Of a stretch of DNA of 64,000 bases, positions 1 to 9,990 are shown piece after piece. Origin of the DNA: Monocercomonoides exilis PA203. Taxonomy: Eukaryota; Protista; Preaxostyla. The notes beneath the pieces are model-generated. The model ran no database searches. It was not told the DNA's origin and saw only the letters and a list, made by a program, of their open reading frames with translations. The stretch spans positions 744,001-808,000 of the forward strand of contig LSRY02000004.1 of assembly GCA_001643675.2 (NCBI GenBank), written 5' to 3'. A program made the position numbers and the translations under genes. Numbering within the stretch: the first letter of the stretch is position 1; each line of letters starts with the position of its first letter.

Positions 1-3000
1 CCTAAGAGAGGCGGGATGGAAAGAGAAGAGCTGAGGGAACGAGGTGTCAGAGAGACCAAAGAACGAGGTGATGATGGAGAAGAAGGAGATGAAGAAGGAG
101 GAGGAGAAGAAGGAGAAGAAACAGGAGGAGCAGAAGAAAAAGAGAAAGAAGGAGAAGTTAACGATGATGATGAAGCAGAAGCAGAAGCAGAAGCGGAAGA
201 AGCAGATGCTGACAGAGCCTTTGTGTCGAGCATTCGAAGAGAAGATGAAATGTGCAGTGAAACAAGAGGAGATTGATAAGGAGGAAAAGAAGGAAAAGAA
301 GGAGAAGATAGAGAGTTTGAATGAGTGCTACGTGACAATTGGGATCTGCTGGCTGATATTGGCGTTGAAAGAGGAGATTTTCCAGTTGATTCGACAGAAG
401 TAACAGAGGAAGTAGAAGTAGAAGCAGAAGAGGAATTAGACGAATGCGAAGAATTTGGCTTCTCTGTTGATTGCCTCGAGTCTACAGGACAAAACACCCA
501 CTCTTTTCCTTTCCCTCCATTTTGCTGGCTTTCGCGAGCGAAAAAAGCAAACTCAATCTGATTCTTACTCCTCTTTCTGTTGCCATTCCCCTCTCCTTCT
601 TCTTCTCCTTCTCTTTCTTCCTCATCATAACCATCTTCTTCTTCTTCTTCTTCATCATCGTGCTCGCTTTCTTCCATCAGCTGAGGTAACATCGCATCAC
701 GATCATAACCATCGCTCTCACTTTCACTGACAATCTCATTCAAGAAGTCGTCGTCTTCATCATATGCTCCATCTTCGCTGTTGTCTGCGCCTTGCGCTTC
801 CACAAGCAGTCTATTCTGCCCAAACTCGCTCCACACAAGCGGATTGCGCTTGCTTTCTTCGCCTTTTTCCGATCTTTTTTCACTTTTGTGATGAGAAGGA
901 AGAATAAAAACAGGACTTTGTGTTTGTTTCTGATTTGGTGTGTGAATTGATGAAGGGGGTTCTCCATCTTCTTTCGACTCTTTCATAAATTCCTCCGAAT
1001 CTATCTGAATTTTTTCATCAGCATCATTTGATTGACTTTTGTGCATAACATTATCAATGGACTCTGTTTTACTTGTTTCATTCTGGAATATCAGCCCAAC
1101 AAAAGAGCCTTTCTTTTCATCATATCCGCCCTTCCATTCATTATTTTGTTGTTCCCCTTCTTTCTTCAGCATCCATCTTTTCTCTTCTGAATCATCTGCA
1201 TCTGCCTCTTGAAGCTCTCTTCTTTCCATTTTATCTGCAACTGCCGTATCTCTTCGATATGTTGTCAGAATCACAGCTTCATCGCTTCCTTTGTTGTTGG
1301 AATACTCAAAAAACTGACCCAGTTTTGAATTTCTGGCTTTGTCTGTTCCATCAACTTGTTCACTAATAAACTTTCCTTCATCCTCCTTCGTTGACTCTCG
1401 ATCTCTCTCACACTCATCATGTTCGGCACATTCTCTTCCTTCCCTTCCTTCCCTCTCTTCTCTCTCCTCCTCTTTCTCCCCCCTCTCACTCATCACCATC
1501 CTCCTCAGCTGCTCTGCCTGCGCCGACTCTCTCTTCACCATCTGCTGCAATTCGTCTCTTTGCTTCGCCTCGTCTTCTCTCAGCTGCCTCTCCTCGTATT
1601 CCACACTCAGCGCCGTCGAATGCCGCAGCCGCCGCGACCTCTGCGACGACAGCAGGAGACGCTCGTCGTTGGGATACCACAGCTTAAGGGGAGTGGAAGA
1701 GGAGAGAGAAGAAGAAGAAGAAGAGGGTGAAGAAGATGATGAATTCTTTATGTTGGATGAAAGAGCTCTTGGTTTTGAATTGCATTCTGTGATTGATGGA
1801 TCATTAGTGTTTACACCAGTCGATGAAACAGCAGATGATGATGATGATGATGATGACTGATTTGGCGTTGCTTGGAGACAGTTGTTCTCTGAGTTAAGTG
1901 TTTCTGATTGAGATTGATCTGAACTAGCAGCATCTTCTTCATTTGCTTTGATAGAAGCACTGGTTGATGCATCAGAAGAAGCAGATGAAGAGGTTGATGA
2001 CTGAGATGAGGAAGAAGAGTCGTTTGAAGAAGAAGGAGAAGGTGCAAATGATTTGAAAGGAGTCAAAGTTGAAATTGCGCTTGAGAACAGTTTGGGCTTT
2101 TTTTCATCAGGTTTTGACGAATCTTGTGATGCCATTGCTGTTTTTGTTGTTGTTTCTGATACTTTGTTATTCGCTTCCAGTGTATTTTTATCATCGTCTG
2201 GTTGTGTGGCATTTTCGACTGGAGGAGCAGTGGCCTGCTGCCGAATTTCAGACAAAGAAGGGAAGAAAGAAGAATGAGAGGAATGATGTGCTGAAGAAGC
2301 AGAAGAAACAGAAGAAGAAGAAGAAGATGATGAAACTTCAGTTAAAGCGGAAGTAGAAGTGGGAGAGGCAGCGAATGGAGACAAAGCATCGATTGAGCGG
2401 GAGACAGACAATATCGAAGCAGGAGGTGATTGTGAAGAATCGAACAAACTTCGATGACGACGATGAGGTGTTTCATCTGACTGAGCATTTGCAGAGAGCA
2501 AAGTGAATGCGGATGAAAACCGCTTAGTTGTTTTGGGGGTTTCTAATGAAGATGCTGTGTCTGAAGTGTCTGATGATGATGTGAGTGAAGTGAAAATAGA
2601 ATCTTTGGAAACAGCATGAGAAGAAGAAGAGGAAGAGGAAGAAGAAGCAGAGGCGGAAGAAGGAGAAGATAAAGGTGAACTGGTAGCGCGCGAAGGTGAG
2701 ATAGAGCGTGAAAGCGATTCTTTGAGAGAAGGGAAATGAGAATGGCGGGAGGATGTGTGTGATGAATCAGTTAAGATGGATTTTGAATTGGAAGAAGATA
2801 AAGTTGGTGTTGTGAGTGGAGATGCAGAAGAAGGCGAAGGCGAAGGCGAAGGCGGAAAAGAAAGAGCAGAAGGAGAAGATGTTGTGCCTGATGAAGGGGA
2901 TGATTGAGGAACAGAAATAAGAGGTGTAAGTGTTGTTAACGTGTGCGAAAATAATGAAGTGGATGATTTCTTTAGTGGTGAAGGAAAATCTAAGTCGGAT

Positions 3001-3851
3001 TTTTCTGAACTTTTTGATGAAGAAGGAAATTCCTTTGAATCATTAACAGAGATGTCATTCAGAAATGAAAGTGATTTGCTCAATGAAGGATTGCTAGAAG
3101 AACTCGCTTGACCTTCGCTTTTTGAAAGAGTTGAAACGTCCTTTCGCTCATTTTCTTCGATTGATGATGGATTGATATCAGATAAAGGCAAATTTGTATT
3201 TGATGAAGCACCCAAGGCTGTTGGCAACTCTTCCACAAACGAAGAAGAATCAGAAGCAGCTGTAGAAGAAGAAATTTTTGAATGAAAAGATGTTTCTGAA
3301 CTTGTAATTTTATCTTCTGCAAATGGATTTATTTTTGAGCATTTACTGATAGTTTTATCAGTGGATGAGGTATCAGTCAAATGGCCAACTGAATCTTTCA
3401 GAAATCTTTTCTTTGGATGATTTTTTGCAACTTGTTTTAATGAAATTTGTTCAAGTCTCTTCTGGAGCTCATTAGTAGGAGTTGAAGATGCTTGCGATTC
3501 AGATTGAGGTGCGCTTACATCTTTTTGTAATGTTTGCGTAAGAGAAGGAAACGCGGGCTCATGATTTAAATGTTCTTTAACTTCACTAAGATTTCTTTCA
3601 AGTGAAGATAATAACTTCTTTTTCGTTCTTCTTTTTTTCCCTTTTTTTGATTGAGATGGCGAAATGTTACTTTGTTCCATATCTTCTTCATCAGAATCTT
3701 TATTTTTAATTTGTTCTTCTGTAAAAGATTGATGCAAAGGTGATGAAAAATGATGAGCCCCGATTAATGTCTGTGGAGAAGTTTCAGAAGTGTGAACAAT
3801 ATTTTGGTGTGAATCATCGTATAACACCTGATTTTCATTAAATTCTGACAT
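1..3851 (-). CDS. Large Ser-rich/low-complexity hypothetical protein with an acidic coiled-coil segment (3' end outside window, >1,283 aa)
   Basis: ATG at 3851 (MSEFNENQVLYDDSHQ...). The frame is open wherever translated, including LKLWYPNDERLLLSSQRSRRLRHSTALSVEYEERQLREDEAKQRDELQQM near 1690-1540. It is absent from the ORF track, consistent with no stop before base 1. Confidence 0.8.
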   Translation of the reverse strand, partial: MSEFNENQVLYDDSHQNIVHTSETSPQTLIGAHHFSSPLHQSFTEEQIKNKDSDEEDMEQSNISPSQSKKGKKRRTKKKLLSSLERNLSEVKEHLNHEPAFPSLTQTLQKDVSAPQSESQASSTPTNELQKRLEQISLKQVAKNHPKKRFLKDSVGHLTDTSSTDKTISKCSKINPFAEDKITSSETSFHSKISSSTAASDSSSFVEELPTALGASSNTNLPLSDINPSSIEENERKDVSTLSKSEGQASSSSNPSLSKSLSFLNDISVNDSKEFPSSSKSSEKSDLDFPSPLKKSSTSLFSHTLTTLTPLISVPQSSPSSGTTSSPSALSFPPSPSPSPSSASPLTTPTLSSSNSKSILTDSSHTSSRHSHFPSLKESLSRSISPSRATSSPLSSPSSASASSSSSSSSSHAVSKDSIFTSLTSSSDTSDTASSLETPKTTKRFSSAFTLLSANAQSDETPHRRHRSLFDSSQSPPASILSVSRSIDALSPFAASPTSTSALTEVSSSSSSSSVSSASSAHHSSHSSFFPSLSEIRQQATAPPVENATQPDDDKNTLEANNKVSETTTKTAMASQDSSKPDEKKPKLFSSAISTLTPFKSFAPSPSSSNDSSSSSQSSTSSSASSDASTSASIKANEEDAASSDQSQSETLNSENNCLQATPNQSSSSSSSSAVSSTGVNTNDPSITECNSKPRALSSNIKNSSSSSPSSSSSSLSSSTPLKLWYPNDERLLLSSQRSRRLRHSTALSVEYEERQLREDEAKQRDELQQMVKRESAQAEQLRRMVMSERGEKEEEREEREGREGRECAEHDECERDRESTKEDEGKFISEQVDGTDKARNSKLGQFFEYSNNKGSDEAVILTTYRRDTAVADKMERRELQEADADDSEEKRWMLKKEGEQQNNEWKGGYDEKKGSFVGLIFQNETSKTESIDNVMHKSQSNDADEKIQIDSEEFMKESKEDGEPPSSIHTPNQKQTQSPVFILPSHHKSEKRSEKGEESKRNPLVWSEFGQNRLLVEAQGADNSEDGAYDEDDDFLNEIVSESESDGYDRDAMLPQLMEESEHDDEEEEEEDGYDEEEREGEEEGEGNGNRKRSKNQIEFAFFARESQQNGGKGKEWVFCPVDSRQSTEKPNSSHSSNSSSASTSTSSVTSVESTGKSPLSTPISASRSQLSRSTHSNSLSSPSFPSFPPYQSPLVSLHISSSLRMLDTKALSASASSASASASASSSSLTSPSFSFSSAPPVSSPSSPPPSSSPSSPSSPRSLVSLTPRSLSSSLSIPPLL

Positions 3852-4413
3852 GCTATACAAATTCTATCGAATAAATAAATTCGAATGAACCAGGAGATTG
3901 GTAAAAAAACAAATATTCATGTTTTTCATACCATAAAAAATTTCATTGTGAAATTTAAGAGTATAGGATTTTTTGTTATTTCTTTATTCTGTTTATTTTT
4001 GTTAGGAAAACAAAAGAAAATTTCAAATTACAGTTGTATAAGCACAAATTTGACGAAAAATAAAATTCAAACAGAAAAAAAAAAACATTTTTTGAAAAGA
4101 AAGGAAAAAAAAAATGTTTGATGAAAAGAATTTCATTGCATCACTTAAGAGGATATGATAAACTCTCATTAGAAAAATTTGGAAAACATTATTTCGATTA
4201 TTTTCTCTTTTTAGTTATTTTTTGAAAAACAGTCCATCACATAACATGACATGTGATGATGTAATCTTCTCAATTCTTTAAACAAACAAATTGATCTAAT
4301 CAACAGTGATTTGAAAAATGAGATGCGAGCATTAAAATGTTGAAAGCTTTCAAAAACAATTGGATGAAAAAACCATATATTGGAAATAGAAGATCAGAAA
4401 TAGGTAAAAATCG

Positions 4414-5692
4414 ATGGAACCCTATTTTATTGTGTCTTTGCCTGGAATGCCCCAGCCATCCGATACCTTAAAAAATATACAATCGACACTTTCGGGAATT
4501 GAACGCGCTTACCCGATAAATGTTCCAACTCTGAAAGTCGGAACTCTTGATAACTTGCTTAATGTTGCCGATTCAGTTGAAAAAACTGACCAATTTATTC
4601 AACAAGTCTGCTACAAAATAGAAAAGCAAATTTATGAATTTCAGAAAAGCGATGCTCCTTTGAAAGTGAAAGGAAGTATGATCATATTAATAAGATCTTT
4701 TATTTATGCTTTTGAAAACAATGCCCAATGAACATTATATTTGTTTTAGAAACAATGGCAGATACCCTTACACAGTTTGAATGGGATGATTCAAAATACA
4801 CACCAAAAACGATGAGCTTATCTCAAATTGCAGATGCAATAACTTCTGTTTGAAATCTGATTTCAATCTGAAAGAAATATTTCTTTATCAAATATTTTTA
4901 TTTTCATATAATTGAAATTAGGAAGTGGGATCTATTGATGTTCAAATGAAAGAGAAGACGATGGAATTCAATCAGACAAAGAATCAGTTAACAGCAGTTA
5001 CACGTCGAGCAACGTTTGATCATTGCAGTTTTAATTCTTTTGATTTTCCCTCACATTAATATTCCGAAAACAGAGGAACATTAAGCGTGCGCAGTTTGCA
5101 GGATTTACTGACTGAGCAAGATTTCATTCAAAGCGAAAAGCTGACCACACTTTTCGTTGTTGTTCCAAAGTGTGTTTTATTTTCATTTGACTCTTTTCAA
5201 TGCCATCGAAATAAATGCATCTAATTATTTGTCTTACACGTACTATAGAACCGGAACAAAAGAATGGACACAAAGTTATGAAACATTAACAGAAAGAGTC
5301 GTACCTCGCTCTGGAAGGTTTGACGAAGCATTCATAATTTCACTTGAAATGTTTTTTTGAATGAATTTTCCATTGACTTTTTCATTATTGCAACTTGAAT
5401 GCATTTCCAAATATAACTTATTATTGTCCATAATTCTTTCAAACTTGAATTTCACACCTGAAGAATTGTTGCTGAAGATGAACAAAGCACAATGTATTCC
5501 ATTGTTATGTTCAAAAATGTTGTTGAGGAATACAAACAGAAAGTGCGCGAGATGCGTTTCCAGGTGAGAGAATTTGTTCAAAGCGGAGAAACATCAGAAA
5601 GAGCGGAGCAAGAAAAGGAGAGGCTTGAAAAACTGATGCAGGAGCAAGTGGTATGTATCCTTCTATTGTATTTTTACAAGCTGCATATTTCT

Positions 5693-5724
<32 letters not shown>

Positions 5725-6296
5725 TGAAAATCATTTATTTATGATTATTCAATAATTGTTTAAACAATATTAACAATTCTCTAACAAATCAATTTTCACA
5801 GGGTGATTTCATCAAATGGTGTCTTGTGTCATACGATGTTGCCATCAACTGCTGGATTCATCTGAAAATATTGCGTGTCTTCACTGAGTCCGTTCTGCGA
5901 TTCGCTCTACCTCCCAATTTCCAGGCTGTTGCTATTCTGGTTTGATTCAATATTTTTTTTTTTGAGAAAATTATCAAAAAATTTTTCTTCTTCTTCTTCT
6001 TCTTTTCCCACGTTTATTGCGATATTTTAATGTTATTGCGCCAATTCATTTGAACATTTTATTTTCATACGCAGCCCGGAAAGAAAATGACAAAGAGAGT
6101 TATTGATGTTTTATGCGAAAAATACAAATCACTTGCATTTACTCCACTTGAACAAAGCCGTTACAATTCTTCTTCTTCTTCCTCCTCCTCCTCTTCATCT
6201 TCAAGCTCTAAAAGCGCAGAAGGAGATGATATTGCATTCTATCCATTTGTTTACATCCAAACTCCATTACTTCAAAGAATGCTTTTTGATAAATAA
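4414..6296 (+). CDS. ATP6V1C: V-type proton ATPase subunit C, 8 exons
   Basis: Spliced motifs VPTLKVGTLDNLL, TQFEWDDSKY, GTLSVRSL, YETLTERVVPRS, FQVREF, WIHLKILRVFTESVLRFALPPNF and FYPFVY match the Vma5 family. 7 GT-AG introns (first 4676-4749); stop TAA at 6294-6296. Confidence 0.95.
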
Positions 6297-6481
6297 TGAA
6301 GCTATTAAATTCTCATACATTTATCTTTTGATCTTTCACGTTTTTTTTCTTCTCATTGTATTTTTCTGATAATTTTTGAACATGCATTCATGAAAATTTT
6401 AGTTATTTGTTTTGTGAAATGGGTATTGTGATCTTATCCGTTAGATTAGATTTTACTCTTCGGAAAGAATAAACATTAAAA

Positions 6482-8820
6482 ATGGATGATGAACAGTTAG
6501 AAGAGAAAAAGAAAATACTTACTTGCATGCTATTTATTAAATTTGTTTTTTCATTGGAGTTTAATAATTATCTTTTCGCAATCTTATTTCAGTGGGTGAT
6601 CAGGCAGCTTTTGAGCAACAGGCAGCAGTTACACAACAGAAAAATTCAGAGCTTATCGAACATTTGAAGAAACAAAACGGAGATCTTCGTACAAGAATTA
6701 TTCAGCTTCAAAGAGTATTGTTTATAATAAATTATTCAATTCAAATTATTTGAATTTCTTCTTTCAGGAAAACCAATCAGTTCATAGCAATGATTCACTT
6801 GGAAAGAAAACAGACCTTCAAAATACATTAATGGAATTAAAGAAACAGTTAGACAAACAGCAAACAGAAAAAAGAGATAAAGAAAAACAAAAAAAGAAAC
6901 TTTCTGAACAGCTCAGAGAAATGGAAGGAATGGCACCACTTGGCGGAGACTCAGCCCCAAAAAAAGTTTGAATATCTATTTTTGTATTCTTTCAATGTGT
7001 GAACATCATCTCTCAAAATATGATTAACAATAAAATAAAAATTGATTTTCAGAGAATTCGTGGGCTTGAGAATCAACTGGATAAGATAATTATTAAATAC
7101 AACGAAGCTCAATCCATTAAAAAGACATATGAACAAATTATGAAACGTCTTAATGTGTGATTTGTTACATCAAATTTTATAAAGATAATTCTTTTTAATA
7201 TTTAAGGAAGAACAATCAAACTTCAATAGCCAATTAGAAATGATGGAAGAATCAATGAGGCAACGCAACGAAGATCATGAAGAACTTCTTTTGATGCAGA
7301 AAGCAGCAAGAGCAGCCCGTGATATGGCGCACGAAGAAGTGAAACAACTCAGAGAAGAAATGGATAGGGACAGAACTGAATTTGATAGGGTGCTGGAGGA
7401 GAAGCGCTTGATATTGCAGAGAAAATTAGAAGCAAGAGAAAGAAGAGAAAACGAAGAAAGAGAAAGGCAGAAGTCGTTGATGGCGGAATCTGGACAAGGC
7501 GAAGAAGGCGATGAAGGAGATGATGAATTGGGCGAAGGAGGCACTCGAACAAAGAGATATGCTGTCGGTTTGCCTTCATTTTATTTAGCATGCTTCAACA
7601 CTCTATTTTTTATTTCTGTTTATCTATTCTTTTATATTTATGATTTGTTAACACCCAAACTGTTCTTCGTTCTTTATTTCTTCTTTTCTTCTGCAACATT
7701 ATTTTTCTATCCAAAAATAAAAATATGTTAAAATCATTTAGGTTCATCAACCTCATCAGACAATCAGATAGCGCAGCTGCAAACGCGCCTGGCGCAGGAC
7801 GAAGAGTCGTTCCGGAAGATCAAAGAAGCCACAGGCGACGAAGACATCAACAAAGTCATCCAGAAGTTCCTTGTGCAGGCAGAGTACTACAAAGAGTGCG
7901 ACGAGCGGCGCAGGGCCACTGAAGCACGTCTGCAGCGTGCGAAGGACGGGAGAAGAGAGGCGCAGAAGCAGCTGGAGGAGGCGCAGGCGGCGGGTGTTGA
8001 GCGCATCTCGGCGAAGATGCAGAACGACGAGTCGCAGATGTCTCTGTATCATCTCAAGACAGAAGAGGACGAGGCGAAGAAGCGGTACATCGAAGCGAAA
8101 CAGCTGCAGATTGAGGTCAAAGAAGGAATCAAGCTTCTCTGCCAGAAGATGGAGATAGCAACGATCGACCCAGCAGCGTACGGGCTGCGTGAAGACGAAG
8201 ATATTCCTCATCTGTCGCCTGAAGACGCGCCCCGTGCTGAGCTGCTTGACTCTGACCCAGACGCCGTCTTTGACAAGCTCATTGTGTGTATGGAGTTTCT
8301 GCTGGACGAGGCGAAGGCGAAGGAGGAGAGAGACGCTGCAGAGCGGGCGGAGAAGGAGAGGCAGAGGGAGCAGGCGCTGGAGGAAGGGAGGGATCTGGAT
8401 GAGGAGATGGAGGACGACAAGCTTTCGAAGGAGGAAGAGGAGACGGATCTGCAAGTGGTGCCAGAGTGGAACACAAGAATACACTTTGACGACCAGACAG
8501 ACGAAGAAGACGAGGAAGAGGAAGATCCACTTGGTTTGTGCTTTTTCTTGTTTAGAAATAATAGACATAATATGCTTTTTCCTATTTATTTTCATTGTTG
8601 AATGATTTTTCAAACAACTTTGATTCATTTCTAATCTATTAATCCTCTCAAAAATTTTCATTCATTTGTTTATTTTTATACAGACATATATGGCACTTCT
8701 ACGGGACATGCACTTGATGAACGAGTGATGGACAGAGAATCTCTCAAGAGAGCTGCTCTTGATGCTGTTGAGCTTGCTGCACAAAGAGCGAAAAAGGCTA
8801 AAAAAGATGAAGAATTTTAA
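6482..8820 (+). CDS. ODAD3: Outer dynein arm docking complex subunit, CCDC151/ODAD3-like coiled-coil protein, 7 exons
   Basis: Spliced LGDQAAFEQ, IRGLENQLDKIIIKYNEAQSIKKTYEQI, VPEWNTRI and a C-terminal DRESLKRAA resemble CCDC151/ODA10. The first intron needs a GC donor (6525-6592). Stop TAA at 8818-8820. Confidence 0.8.
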
Positions 8821-8969
8821 AAGAAATTTATTTTATTAATTTTTTATTTCACTTCGCTTGACAGTCTATTTTTTATTTGACACTTAATGAATATGTTATC
8901 ATTTTTGAAAAGATGAAAAAATTTTAATTCAGATCTTAGCGAAAATGAAATTTTCTTTGAATTGATCAC

Positions 8970-9004
8970 ACCCATATTATGGTCCAATTCAAACAAGTAT
9001 AAAA
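8970..9004 (+). promoter_or_regulatory. Candidate snRNA promoter: ACCCATA at about -60 and TATAAAA at about -32 from the U2 start
   Basis: ACCCATA at 8970-8976 and TATAAAA at 8998-9004. The spacing resembles USE+TATA snRNA promoters. Confidence 0.4.
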
Positions 9005-9029
9005 GCTGAAGGAGTGAACAAGACTCTTC

Positions 9030-9220
9030 ATACCTTCTCGGCCCTCGTGGCTAAGATCAAGTGTAGTATCTGTTCTATTCAGTTTAATATCTGAATTGCT
9101 GCCCAATGGGTGGCTCGATATTAATTTTATTTTTGGATTGGGTCAAGGTAGAAACGAGGCTTGCCTCTCTCCTTGACAGCGTTCTCGCGGTATTGCAGTA
9201 CCTCCGTGTAGAGCGCACCG
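9030..9220 (+). ncRNA. U2: U2 spliceosomal snRNA
   Basis: 5' end ATACCTTCTCGGCC...GGCTAAGATCAAGTGTAGTATCTGTTCT with the GUAGUA branch-recognition motif, Sm site ATTTTTGG, loop IV TATTGCAGTA, length ~190 nt. Confidence 0.97.
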
Positions 9221-9990
9221 TTTAACTTAGTTCTTTCTGTTTATAAGAATGTGGCGAATTAAAACTTAGTATTAAATAAATTGGTCTCAAATAAATCTAA
9301 ATGCAAAAATCAAAGTGTTTAGTTGACGTTGTGGGAGAAAATATTTTATTTGAACATTAGAGTTTATCGTAAATGAAATCAAGTTAAATTTGAATAAAGA
9401 ATTTGAATAACTGATAATTAATCTTTCTTTCAATATTAAAATGTTTCGAGTGCCTTTTTATGTTGTTATGTTGTGAAAAGTTAAATGGCGCAAATTGCTG
9501 AATGTTTTCATTAAAATATCTATTCATAAATAAAAAGTGTATTTGAGACTGCTTTTCCAATTTCTGTGTAACAGAATATTTATGTTTGAAAAAGGATGAT
9601 GATTTTGAAAGATCATTTTTTGATGGAGTAGTATTGAAAGAAAACAAAATCAGTAATTCAAAAAAATTTGAAAATGATGACAATTTCATTCAAAATGTTG
9701 AAAACATTTGACACGCTGCTCATTTCTCAATCTTTTTTCATTATCTTTTATCTGAAAATATCTGTTACACAAATCATTACAAAATAATTACAATGTCCAA
9801 ATTAATATTTGTGAGATAACATTAAATATTAATGAATGCGAATATTAAAAAAAAAAAAAAAGAGAAAAGAGGGTTTTTCTAGTCGAATGTGAGTGATTCA
9901 AAATGATTTCTCTGATCTAATCCATATTATAAGTTCTTTTATTTATCGACTTGCAATTCTCGTTTGTAAGATTAAGTCAGGTGCTACAAC

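Noticed and set aside
7756-8661. 301-aa minus-strand ORF overlapping ODAD3
   Set aside because: It is antisense to a GC-rich, Glu-rich exon, and its L/R-rich composition is typical of a shadow ORF.
9384-9689. Short AT-rich ORFs in spacers (also 3885-4121, 22298-22805, 26521-26724 and 42935-43135)
   Set aside because: F/K/I/N-rich composition expected from AT-rich non-coding DNA, with no motifs or consistent splice partners.
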